Assembly (NCBI GenBank): GCA_965285935.1
Contig: OZ260661.1
Coordinates: forward strand, 60,822,001-60,886,000
Reading direction: 5' to 3'
DNA: 64,000 bases
Origin: Ophelia neglecta
Taxonomy: Eukaryota
Position numbers and translations under genes: made by a program
In this document: positions 14,311 to 27,990 of the stretch, one piece after another
How positions within the stretch are numbered: the stretch's first letter is position 1
Layout of the letters: every line of letters begins with the position of its first letter
The notes under the pieces: model-generated
Seen by the model: the letters and a program-made list of their open reading frames with translations, nothing else
The model's database searches: none
What the model was told of the DNA's origin: nothing

Positions 14311-17300
14311 AAAAGTTTGAACAAAATTAGCTCGGAGTAAATATGATTGAATCACAATGCAATTATGTAAACCTAAGGCTATGTCGAGTACAAAGTATCA
14401 TATGACTGTGTATTTGTTCAAGCTACGCGTTGAAGAGCAACAATTGGCTCTATATTACAATCATGTCATGTTTATGTACAAGCTGGTACAGCAGCCACAT
14501 TCACATACATGCAGAGAGGTACAATGATCAGCACAATTTTCACATTTTAGAGGTCAGGGTTAGCGTTCTTCGGGGCCTGAATCAATCTCACGAAGCACCA
14601 ACACATTTTGCCAAGCATGTGCAGCCACTCATAAACTAGCTCCGCGACCTGTTTTTGACCCCGTCTTGCTCTCCGAGTCTGCTTGGCACTATTGTAATGT
14701 TATTCTTGTGCTCTTCCAGCAATGAATGGTATGGGTGTATGTATCGTCTGGCCCAGGGCGGCCGGGCTGCGTGATATTCGTGAATAAATCGCAATGGGAG
14801 TTTAAAATGAAGAGAGAGAATGTCCTTGATGCGGGTCAATACCCCATACCCAGACATATAGTGTGTAACATCTTCATCAGAGTGTTTGTACTTCTTAAAT
14901 AAACACTCGTCGCCATGCAATCAATATTAATTGTTTTAACAATAAAATATTCAATTCTTAGGAATTTAGACTTGTTAACTCGTTGAGCACTTCCTCCCCT
15001 TCATTAGCCATCCTTGGCAACTGATGCAATTTAAGTTTTGGTGGACGAATGATATAATAAACAATTCGACTCAATTTAAAATCGAAATAAATCCATTATT
15101 TTTCTAACTATAACTTCTATTGTTATCGCGTGCCCTTAACCTGAATATTTCAATGGCTGGGCATTGTTTTAGAAGCACAGATAAAGCACGGAGGTCAGCT
15201 ATTTAAATGGCCCCGGGATCCTTGCCCGGAGCGGCTAAGGTTTGGCAGGAGACTAACATAACTGTGCTGTAGTTAATGGCTATAACTCATGATATGTTAA
15301 AGAACCCATAGACTCGGAACAAAGAAAATCAAGCTATTCTCCATTGAAAAACAATGAATAGCATATTAAAAACCTAAACATTTTCTTTGCGACTTATGAC
15401 ACCATGTTCTGGCTATGCGGGCTATTCTTTTCATCTGACCAATGAGAGGACAGATGATGCATGACGTCGAAGATGGCCCACAATTAGCCCAGGTGATAAT
15501 GAGGTAGGGTGGGGTAGGTACTCGTCTTTCATATCCGGACAGAGGAAGATCTCTGCCAGTTAAAGCCAGAGCAGATCCGGTCAGGGGAGGACCAAAATGG
15601 CTCGCTGTCATCCATCTTGTACAAAGCTTATGAGATCATATCACCATATCTTAATCTATTATTAAGGCGCCTCTCACACGGGGAAGAACTCTAATATCCG
15701 AGTTAAGAAAAATTAATTTCCCATCATCAACTTTCCATCAACTTGCTTTAATGAAACATCAGTCTTGGTTGATAATGGATGCTGCTAAGCGGGGAAGGGG
15801 GGCAAAATGAAGAACCATATTAAAATGCACAATACAGGTCACATGGGATAAGCCAGGGAGCGAGTTGCCTTGACAACCTCTAGGATGTTATCTTTTTCAT
15901 CAAAGGGATTAAAGCCAAATACAATGCATCTGGTAAAAAGACAATCATCTCCTTGTGGGATCAAACCTCACAATGACCGACCCAGACAAGAATAGCAGAG
16001 AAATTCAGAACATAAAGCTGATAACATTTTTTTTAATGAACTACCAATATTATGCAACTACTACCTACTTGGCCGCCTGAACAGATTGGTTTTCGTGAAT
16101 TTTTTTATTTATATACTATGACTCTGTCGCCCTAGAAGAAGGAAATATGCCTTTTGATTTTGCTTTTGTTAGTATAATTAATATTATTTGTAATGATCTT
16201 AGCATAAGCACCCGGTGAATAAGAAAGTGTTGGTTGAAATTATTCAAATTATCTAATGAGACTTGGATATTTCTAGAACAATAAGTAAAGTGACTATAAC
16301 CGCTCTGGCTGAAACCACCTTATGATAAGCGGATTAGAGGGATGTGGTAGACCTGGATAAACTTTCACAATTGCTTGTTTCTTTATCTGGACAAAGAACT
16401 GTTCATGTGGTCCATCTTGACAATCAGAAGACAGCTATCCATGCTGCCTTGTACAGTCGTCGGTGAATATCGTAACCTGATATAAGGCCGATAGGAGTGA
16501 TACTCGGGGACTCAGCCGGGATAAGTGCACCGCCCCAGGGTACATTCTCTGCTAAGGATTTGGTTTCCGATGCAACAAAACCATTAAACTGCTGTCTACA
16601 TGGGCAGGTCAAGACCTTACGGAGGCCACGTGCTATTTCATCATTGAAGATTTCTACCTCAACACCGGCTTTGACAGGCCTGACGTTCTACTCCAACAGT
16701 TCTGTCAGACGAGTAATTTATTGATCTTTATATGGGTTGAATATTTTCTTTATAAGATAAAAGTTTTTATTCTAAAGCTTGACGTTTGGTATCTTAAAAA
16801 ACATTGTTTGCAGCACTTTTAAAGTAAGTCACGGATTTGAAGTTGTTTTCGATAGCAGCTGAATTGTAAGCTCATTATAATATTATAATCTCATCAGGTC
16901 AATGAACTGTCATTAATACTTGAATTAGCAAATAATCGAAAGTATCGAAAAACTATAAAATCATGCACTTCAATGGTGTTTTCAATAGTTATTAGACTGT
17001 TCTCGTGATGGGGCATATTGCTTCAGACAGCTGGAGCATTCATATTGGGACAAATACAGAAAAAAGAAACATGTAAGCCTTTAGTAACCGAAATTAGTAC
17101 AGTACATCCAAAGTAGACTTCCGGTTTACTAATAAAAAGTGTACTGACAATGAAATGATTTACATGTCAGAAAAGTACACAACCGAATGTTTATCTATAT
17201 AGGTCATTGAAAAAAAATAGCATCATCTCTCAGAGAGAATAGATTGGTAATACCTCACGGGGAAAAATATGTTTTGGTCTTCCATCTTTAGATACTTGTT

Positions 17301-20300
17301 TTGTTGCCTGAGAGAAGAAGAGACGGCTATTTCCGGCAGGGACAAAGGGCAAGGAAGAGACTAACGGTGAGCAGAGGAACTATCCAGCCTGCCTTTCCAC
17401 CAGAAGAAATATGGGGCCAAGCATTTCCAGGGCCAGTCTGAAAATAAATTTATCCTCACAGCAAATAATCTTTTTCAAGCCACCTGTATTCTTTGCGTCA
17501 GTGGAGCGAAAGGAGAAAAAGCGCGCCAATCCTCGATGGATTTCTGCAGATGTCTGGAGACCTTAATGATATTTCTTAAACATCTGCGGCCTCAATTCTG
17601 TACATTCTCACCCAGTGTTTCTCGCTTGCCAACGATCGCTTTATTTTCTATTACGACCGTACACGGTCATATATTTTCTATTTCACTAGAGCCTCAAAGG
17701 AGTTGTCTTATTTTGCGGCCCTGAAAGAGGGATCGATGGTTTGTTTTTCTCTTTAATTATCTCCTCGGTGGGTTGGCTGCCAAGCACCCTGTCCAGTCGA
17801 GAGGAGTCGACTTATATACTTTAAGATCAGTCGTCCTGACCTCAGTTGAGTGAGGAGAGACCATTCTTGCCCGATGAATTGTTATTTTCGCGGCTACAAA
17901 TGCAGGTCGGAAAGCGGGAGATTGGCGCCCTTCCCTTTGACATTTTACCTTTAATCGAATTCCGCAGACGTGACTGAAGCCGCCTGCTCCGATTCCGGGA
18001 GGGGGAAAAGGCACCCAATTACGTCTCATTATTGTCCAGTTTCTAAATTGGATAAAGCCAGGGCTTCTCTTTGAGGCGGAATTAACACAGACCCTCAGGA
18101 GACGGCACCAGTCCCAGCACCAATTTTTCAGGTTCCCTCATGAAAGATGCAAATGTTTCCCTAGCAAAATAGATGAAGATTCGCTTTGAAGAGACGGGGA
18201 GGGGAATGAGAAAAGACAAAGAGAAAATGTCATCGGCTTAATTCACCTTACTTAATAGCTTTTAAGCAACCTTCTCGGGAAATATTTCACTTCCAATCTA
18301 GCACTTGCATTCATTACTGAATAATTTTTGTCGCTATGGGAAGGGGAGTTGCTAAGCGCTTCTCCCATATATCATTTTGGCTGGTCCCTCTTATTAGATT
18401 ATATCTACCTCAGCATCGGTTGAGTGTCAAGCTGGTACCAAACACCTTTCTTACTTCCTGGATTATACATATGAACTAGAAAAATAAGATGAACATAAGC
18501 CTTATAAGTTTCCCTCTGGTTATGTAGGGTGGTAAACAATAAAAAAAGGTCAACAGGTATTTTTTAAATGTGTCTTCGCTTTGTGTATTGCCATTTTAAA
18601 GTTAACCTCACTCTGAACACAAGTTGTACCAATATATAGCAATATGTACAATAGCATAAAAATAGGCTTATATATTTAAAGAATATAGCTATATCGCTTA
18701 GGTCTGACTATTTGCGATTTATTTGTTTCTTGAAGGCGAATTGTCATTCATTATCTGGTATGACCAGGTGCTTAATCGCTCAATGGGGGGTGAAACAATC
18801 CGTCTTTTGGTCTACATAAAGGACTAAAAAAGCTGAGATATATGTTAGGAGAAAATAATTAATTATTTTCTTTCATGCGAAAATTCGTCCTGCATTTAAA
18901 TTAACACAACCAGGATTATAGTAAAGCTATGTTTGTAAATGGGACCTACGTTTTTTTTATTATCAACACTGGCATTCACATATTAATGCATGGTTCTAAT
19001 ATGGGCAATAACTAAATGATAAATCTTTAGAAATAAAATGAAAATAGGTATATTTATTATTAGTCAACATGGTTGGTAGTAAAAATATTAGGTACATGCT
19101 GTGAGGCAGAAATTAAACGAATGAGAACTTAGTTCATTCTGGAGTTGGCTTTTTTTGTAAAACTGACCTGGCTCTGCCCATATCAAGTTTTTATAAATTC
19201 GTTTATATTTGAATTTCATGTAGGAAGTTAATTTTACAGCCGGTTTTTTTTTTCCATTGTGTGTGTGTCTAAATATAAGAAAGTTAATAATAAAATATGT
19301 ACTTGTGTTTATAATAATATATCATATAGAGTATTCATGTAACAAAATTGTCATATATTTCGCTTCCACTTATTTTCTTCAAACTCGGTTTTTGTGTACT
19401 TAGACCTATACTCAATTTCAATTTTAAAATATATTCTTGAAAATACTGTTTAATTTCAGCAAGGAACGCCTGGTTCAATTAATCATTGCAGATAATGACC
19501 AGAATATTTTTTTCTCTCAATAAATCTTTCTTCTGGACATTCCCTTCACAAAACAAATCCTTTGCATTGAAAGGACGTAAATAAATCAGAAAAGGAGAGT
19601 TCTGGAGATTATATGTTATCCACGCCTGCTTGGACAAGCATTCCATCTTGCTATGATTGAGTATTGGTCATATCTCTTTTGTTACACATAAGTCCTGGGT
19701 AATACTATGAATTATCTCCTTAACGTGCAAGCTGTGGATAAAACTCTGTGACAAATGGAAGCGGAGAAAATATTTTACTCAAATGTCGAAAAGACAGGGA
19801 GGGGTATCGTTCACGATGCTTCTCAGAGTGAAAGTAGCTATCGACATTTTGCTTAGACACATGTATTTCCTGTGAAATTCAGTAGCCATTTATCTTTCTA
19901 GTTCACGCATTTGATACCCGAAATGGATTTTCAGCACAAACGGAACTGTATTATTACAGGAAACCGTTTGTTAAGCCTTGTAAATAGAAGCATAGACATT
20001 GTCTCATCCATCAAGCTCAAAATTATTGTGATTTTCTTGAACCCCATGCCTTTCAATAGAGTGCTGTGCAACGGAGCAATCGATTTAAATGACACCAAAA
20101 GTTGATAATGTGCGCTGCCTGACTACGCTTAAACACTGTTAAGATTATGGATGCATCCATGCTTGTTAAAACTGGGATTGCAATAATTTTAATTTTTAAG
20201 AGCAAAATTGTAGGCCAATTTTTCATATAAAAAAACAAGTTAATTATTATTTCGTTAACACCGTGCCCTCTTTTATTTCCTTTTAAATTATTGACTTGTA

Positions 20301-20530
20301 CTGTACTGTCTATGAGCCTAACATTATATACTTCTGATGACTTAGATAAGGCTCTCAACGAAATACTAGGAGCTATAAGGCCTATTATATTGACCAAAAT
20401 TGAGAACAAATGATAATATATCTGCATTAAGGGCCTTCTATTTTAACAAAGGACTAAATCACATGGGTGCATAAATAGTTGCACAACGTGGAAAACGATC
20501 ATGACACTTATTTATATGGCTAGGAATACG

Positions 20531-20650
20531 ACTTCCTGCCACTTCCTGTGAAATGGGAACGAAAGCAAAATGGCGGCGGCAGGTTGGTAAAATAATGGCG
20601 GATTTACTTGTGCTGCTCTGGTTTAAATTACGAAATAAGTACTGGTGAGT
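20531..20650 (+). promoter_or_regulatory. Promoter/first-exon-like module, antisense to Lox4
   Basis: Two ACTTCCTG ETS-type sites 10 bp apart (20531, 20541), YY1-type AAAATGGCGG (20567) and AATGGCGG (20594), and a strong donor CTG|GTGAGT at 20644/20645. Confidence 0.4.
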
Positions 20651-23600
20651 TCACCAAACATTGTAATTTATGATAGATTAAAAGTTCGTTCCTTCACTCA
20701 AAGACTTTTGTGACATAGCGCAAAATGAACATAAATATTTCGAAAGAATCGTTCCGTTTTTATGAATGTTTGCTAGAGCATGGACGCCATCTTAATTCAG
20801 TCGATTTTGCAAAAAATACAGCAATTTCGTGCTTTAATGAAAAACGACAACTCAGTACAGTTAAAACGGTAGGCAGAAGGTGCTGAGATTTAATTATGAG
20901 ACCTTTACGTGTCAATCTAATAGCCAATGAGCTAAAAAAGCATGACAGACAGGTTTAATCTTCATCTTTTGCCTGGCCTCTGTCCGGAATATCAGGTGTG
21001 GTTAAAAAGGCAATATTTTGTCGGGTCCTCTTTCGTCCCAAGAGATTTAGCTTCAGCAACTGCAGATGGGACCAACAAAGGAGGATAATGGCTCTAACAG
21101 AAATCTATCATCACATTACGTGTCAGCCCTGCTAATTCCTTTCTCCCTGACACTAAAATATATGGCGTCTGTTTTGTTTTAGTTTTCTAACAATACCTTC
21201 CTTGTACTAGTTAAACAAGATTGACTCTAAACACAAGCAATATTTGTTAGTTCAGGAGCGTTGGACATTTGGTATTTGTCATAGTTGAAAGGTTGCTGTC
21301 TTGGTTTATTTTATAATTTTATTATTGTAGACATTTTCCTTGTTGGAATAGGAATTCTCGCCTTTCATTCGAGTCTGTCCTGGGTGTTATTTGAGAGAAA
21401 TTGGACGGAATGATGTATCGAGGCTGATTGTATTTCTAAATGGACTGTCACACCCATGTATGTGTTGAAAGAACTGCAACAGCCAAGTCTGAGTCTCCAT
21501 TAAGCCAAGTGCTACTTTGGAGCTTAAATATTTAACAAGGAAACACTCCTCCAAGCTCGTTGTGGGTGATCTTATTTTTCTCTAAATGCTTTCGATTTTT
21601 CTCCCCCAATTATGTAATTGCTTATTATATAAAAGGAATGGAACTTTAGGCCCATAGTCCTATGAGTTGTCCCTGTAATCCTGTGTAGACAGCATGTTCA
21701 TACTATGAAACTCTTTAAGGTTTTATCGGATATTTAGGGATCGTAGAAGCGGCTTAAATGCTTTTTAGGCCTATTCGTCGGATTGGTTTGTACAAATAGT
21801 TCATCCCGAACTTCCTTATAAAATTCATTTCCTAATGGAAGGGAAGATGAAAAATAGATGAAACTTGTTTAGCATGGGTCACACAATCATTGCAATATTC
21901 TAGCTGCTTTTAATTTGGCCTTATCGATAAATTCTTATCAAGAATTTGCAGTCAAAGCTCGCAATGAATTCGATGATACAAAATTGAGCTATCGCTATAA
22001 CATGGAAAAAAATACAACTAATTCCGGGAAAATCCGCCTCAAATTAGCTTCTGACATAGCAGAAATGTCCCTAATAAATGCCACCTTTAAGGCATACTTA
22101 GCTAAATACGTTTTTAATTCGGGACAAAATTGAGAGCAAAGTTGCTGCCATCTATCATGATGTTCGGGAGGCAGCATCTATTCAGCCAGCTATTCAGCAA
22201 AATTCCCAAGAATAATTTCATTTTAACAAGATCTCCTGCCTAATATCACGGCTCAGCCTAGAGTCATCTGTCGGCATGAAAAATGGCCACCGCGCTCCGC
22301 AATTAGATTCTGGAGATGCCTTCTCTTAGGAAACAGGGATTACTGTCTTACACCACATTTGCTCCCAAATCAAAGCATTTTATACCGGTGCATCTCGGGT
22401 CTACACTCCAAATCAGGCCATTAATATTTTAGGCAGATTGCAAGAAACTTTGGTAAGGATTTTTATTCGTGGCGCCATTTATTTCGTCCACCCTAATTCC
22501 GAGGCGTAGATTTGTACATGTAGGAGATTTGCAGGGGATTTTTTTTGTTCAAATGCTGCGTAATCGATTGGAGTTGATGTCGACTGGGTTTTGCCCGGGT
22601 GATTTGTCTTACCTGGATGGGAGGGAGCTGGGGAGGAGTGTTGATATTTCGGTTTTGCCTAGCTCCCTCGCGGGCCTCCCATCAGCCTGGGCAATGAAAC
22701 CCCGGCACACCGACAGCACCTGACTCTCGGCCCATCATCAATCCTCCGCCTTAACTTCGCTCCTTGCAGCTGCCGACTCGACCGAAATATAAGAAAACTT
22801 GTGAGTTTTCTTTTGGCGCACTTTTCTCTTGCTGGCCTCGACGCAGGCCGGAATACTGGCGTGTTTTTTTCTCGTGCGGCGATAGAGCGCTCTTGAACTT
22901 TTCAGAACACACATGCTGTAATGAGCGGGCCTAACTTTGTAACCCCAAGGCAATTTATTTTCCGATCAGACCGAGAGGTTTAGCTATATGTTCCAGAATC
23001 CAAAGTCAATGGGGTATTCACATGAGAGGAATGGACAAAGATCTAGACATATAATAGCCTATTTTGGTATTCCATTTTATATCTTCATGTATAGGCCCTC
23101 TAAACCAATCCATTTGGTGTCATCAATGATCAATTAAGTCTCCCTTAACTTCTCATCGAACGAATACATCAACACTATCCCATGAATACCCGCCAAATCA
23201 CCACTCCTGGACAGACTGATGTCTACCTGTTGATTTAACAAAATAAACCACACGGGTATTAACACAATTGTTTATAATATTTCGACCATATCCACAGTAT
23301 GCTTAGAACTCCGTTTATCTGAAAACACATGTTGTAATATGCAGGTGATATTCCATAAAGTGCGGACAAACACCAACACACTTGAGACATTTTCACCTTT
23401 CCATGTACAAACATTTTCCAACCGCTTTCTCCGCCCGACTCCACCGCAAATATAGTAAAGCCGAGCGAGGACCCTTCCCCGATCACTTTAGTCGTAGACG
23501 AGATATATATGGCGGTTATAAAACTCTCCAAAGTGCCCCACATTGTGGTGGTTATCGGCTTCTTTCCATTATTTTTGTCTGGTCTATGGTCGTTTTTAAG

Positions 23601-26600
23601 GTGAAAAGTCCCCTGCTATTCAACGCGGGCTGGCTACTATTTGCCCGGTAATCCCTGGCTGAGCCAGACGGCAGGACATAACTTTGACCGCCCAGAACCC
23701 GGCCACATTTGCCTTTATTCCCTTCTAACTCGTGCTTATATCTTAAACAAAACAAGAGAACCACGTAATGTCTCGTAATAAATTCAAATAATAGGCATAA
23801 ATTCCTTATACTTGCAACACGGCCTATCGCCAACATACATTAGAGTTTGATTGCACACATGTCTGTCCCATAAAGTTTCTTTTATAGTTGACTTGGGGAG
23901 AGTCAGTGGCTGACTCGTCGACCGAGGCCGACCTTGCTTAATTATGGAGGGCTGAAAACCGCCAATATGGGAAAAATTATATCTGTAGCCGTCCACAGCC
24001 TAATGACCACCCCCGCCCTCAAACCGTGGTTAATAGCTTTGGCATCTTCATAACTTTTTATGTAATGTCCCCACGGAGAACGGCGGCTCGGATCACCACT
24101 GCATTGTAACAACTTCATGAAAACTCACCTAAATCAAGCTACACGCTAGTGAATGGCCCATAACAGTCAAGGCGGGCTGAGTTAGGAGCAGTTAAAATAT
24201 TGCAAAATGATATGTATATAGCCTTGGGTCATGCCCACCAAGCCTTTACACAATCGCCTCCATTTGATCTAGTATGACGTAAAAATAGCATGTGTTTTAA
24301 ACCGAAAACATTTAAGGGCCGCCTAGATACATGGGTGGCCAGTTCCATTTTGGAGGCACAACGGAAACGGTCACCTGCTGGACTGGATTCTCATGTGTGG
24401 GCCTGGAGTGAACTCCGAAGAAAAGCCGACACGTGTACAGCGATTACCACTGATTTTTCTTCCCATTTGTTGACAAATTGAACATGCAGGAATACATGGA
24501 ATCAAAGAATTTCTATCCAGGGAAATATGTGACAACAAAAGGAGCCATCTCTACCGGAAATAGGAGGATATGTGCGGATCGTGACCATTATTTACCTTAA
24601 ATCCTGGAATTCGCGAGGATAACTCACAAACCCTTTGAACGAGAAAACAAGCATCGATCATCGGGGGTACAAAGAAAGTACAACGCCATGTGGAAAATTG
24701 GACAAAGCATGCAAACGCAAGGAACACATCAATCAGGCTCTATTAGAGAAATATGCGTACACCTCTCTGTGAAGTTTCTAAAATCTCGTTTAGATTTTTC
24801 CGTCCCTGCTGACATATATCTGGATTAGGTCAAAGTGTTAGGCCTACCCGTGTCACGTGAGAATAAACTAATTATACGATAAAACCATTTTTTTGTGAAA
24901 GCGATAGGTTGCTTCCTCTTTTGGGTTTGTATTTTCATCCACCTTATGGGAACTGTAGCAGGCACGGGCACAAATACAGTGATAAAATATAACGACTGCC
25001 TTAATTTAGACTGAATTCCATGTGGTTTCTCAGCTAGAAAACAGCCGCAAAAAATACAGAAATTTATAAACACTCATAAACGTGACGAACTACAGAATCA
25101 ATAACATTTTCTCGAGGCCTCATTACTCATTGATAGATTTGTTGCTGTGTCGTCTGCTGATAGATGGTGAGGATATTACATGTGGTTTCCATTTCCCGAC
25201 CAAGTTCATCTCCTCCCCTGGTCATTCTTCATACAGTCGTGCTCCAATATCAATCACTGCTAAGATATGCTCACTAGAAAAAACTTCACGGACACAACCC
25301 GATATATCACCACAGACTAAAACTCCAAAGAAATATACAGCACGGACCTTAAATAACAACCAGATTATATTTCAAAATGAAAAAAATTGAAGAAAAAACA
25401 GTTTGACAACCTTCCGGCTTACAAACCTTGCCGTCAGTCTGTTTAATTCATTTTCTAAGAATTGTTTACCTAATCGTTTGTGAAATATGAATATAGCAGT
25501 TGATGGGAATCACATATCTAAAGCATTGATAGATGTACTTTTAACGATTATTACAGTTTATGATTAAATGAGTAATCGTTTTTGATCATTACGAGTGTAA
25601 ATAAGCTGTCTGGGACCTGTGAAAATGTATTATACCCTCAGTGCCCGCATATACCTCCCAGAGCTCATGATCATGGAACATTTATTATTGCAATATTGCC
25701 CGTATTACCAACCCATGTAGTTACTTGACCCAGTTTTTGTGTGGCGTGTCTCATTCACAAATTATTAATATCTTGTACATATACACAGTAGCCTACCAGT
25801 ATCGATATATATAAGTATAACATGACAAAGCCGGTCATAATAAAATTGTCGGGAACTAAACAGAGAGCTCCAATTGTGGTTTAGTTATCTTATATTCGTC
25901 GGTGTGTCTGCCCTATACAGTAGAGGTTATCACTGAAATGTTTAATGTCGTGATAAGTTAAATAATCCGTCCTTTATGTTACCGTGCAGTACTCGAGACA
26001 ATGATATTCCCGTCCCAGAAAGTCGTCTGCTTTTATATCCAAGACTCTTACCTACGTTATCAGCAAGGTGAAGAAGCGTCGGGTAAGTTTTTTCGCAGGA
26101 ATGTTCAAAGAGTGATCAAGAGCATTTATCTCATGTATTGGACCCACATCAAGATTCGATAAATTTAATCAGGTAACGAATGCGGTGCATTTTGTCGATT
26201 ATTTTAGGAAAATATCTTTATTAAAGTACATAAAGTGTCATTAAAGGGGCTGTTCTACGCTAACGGAATGGTGTCAAAACATTGCAAGTAGACTATATGG
26301 ACCGATATTGCAATGAAAGCTCCCGGCAGCCCATTGGAAACCTGCAGACTTGCCCAAATATGGTGAAGATTGTATTTAATTTAATGATATTATTTTATTA
26401 ATTGGTGTCTGCAAAAAAACCGATTATATGATGTGAGACTTTAAATTAGCCTGTGGAGATGCTTTTTGAACTGACAGATTACCCAGGCTGATAGAGGAAA
26501 CCAGGGATGAGAGTTGACCAGGGATACATCATGCCGGGATGATACGTCATACTAAATCAAATCACTGGACGCGCTAAACGGGTTATTCAATTTTTAGCCT

Positions 26601-27842
26601 TTTACCATCGACGAATGATCGATATAAAGGGCCGCTATGCAGGTGCCTGGCTAATGAAAAATGAGTTTTTTTCTTCATATTTTGAGTGAGAATGGGGCAA
26701 GCTTCTTGCTTCAAATATCAATGTAGTAAGTATTAGTAATGTGCATATGCTTTACTAAAAACACGCATTTAAACAATAGTTGTAATATTAAACTGAAATC
26801 ATATTTATCGAAAAACGAATGTTTGAATAACATAATACTCACTATGATTATTATCTATAACGCTAAACAACAAGCCTGGAAGAATGGAGGGTTCCCCGAG
26901 ATAGAGGCATTTATTAGCCTTACTAAATAAATTCCACACAGCCAAATTCGTCTGTCGATTATAAAAAGGCCAGATATTGTTAGAGTAATAAAATATACTC
27001 TAATGTAATTTCGGCCAACAAAATTCTTGGGAAATGCATAAAGTTGACTGTTTTATTGGAGCCGAATTTATGACTGGGCCATACACTGTACCATTACAGC
27101 ATGTTTTGTTTTCCTGCCCGCCCGAGATATGAAAATGAACCCAGTCAGGTTTTCCTTATATTGGGTTAGTAGAATCTAGATGGATTATTTTCATTAAGCA
27201 TACCTTTGTACATAGAAGGAGAGTTCTTCGCCACTGTGGAGGTTATACTGACTACCAACCCCAAATAAGAGGTAGGTGCCTGTTTGTCTTTAGCTAGTCT
27301 CTCACTCCCAGACGCCATTGAATATGCTAATGTTTCTTCGTCCTTGTTCCAGCCTCCATGCATGATGTACGCAGTTTGACCAAGAGAGGGATCGTGTATT
27401 TTTTGTCAGAACAATGAAACAAATGCATGCATTACCCTGACTGTTAATAAAATGGGCTCTGATTTCTCACCCCTTGGTTAATACTGGTTGAAATGTGTTA
27501 TATTCAGCTGACGAGTGAGTGATCCGGTGAACCATGTATGTTTTAGACACTGTGTGCATTTTTTAAACCAAGATGGCGGCTTGTATGGAGTCGTTGGGAA
27601 TAAAGATTGCTTCACCACAAGCAAGGTCATCCATATCACACATTTTCAGCTTGTCACAACAGTCCCATCACAGTTTAAACGATTTGTTTTCGATGCCACA
27701 TCATGGGTGGTACATTTATAACTAGAGTACTGTATTACAGGAGAGTGATAATTTAGAGGAGGCAAATTTCGATAATGAATCTTCCCTCGTTATTTTCTTT
27801 GGTGCATGCATGCATGCATAACTATGTATTCAACAACAGGGC

Positions 27843-27990
27843 TTCTCTCTCCCTCTCCCTCTCTCTCCCCCTCCCTCTCCCTCTCTCTGTTATTTCTCTC
27901 TCACCCTATCTTTCTCTGTTCCCTCTGTTTCTCTCTTTCTCTCACTATTTCTCTTTCCCACTCTCTCTCTCGCATTCTCTCCCCTTCTCT
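27843..27990. repeat. (CT)n-rich polypyrimidine tract
   Basis: About 150 bp of imperfect CTCTCT/CCCTCT. Confidence 0.9.

Noticed and set aside
13517-14311. ORFs spanning or adjoining the N run
   Set aside because: Artefacts of the gap and the low-complexity T/C tract.
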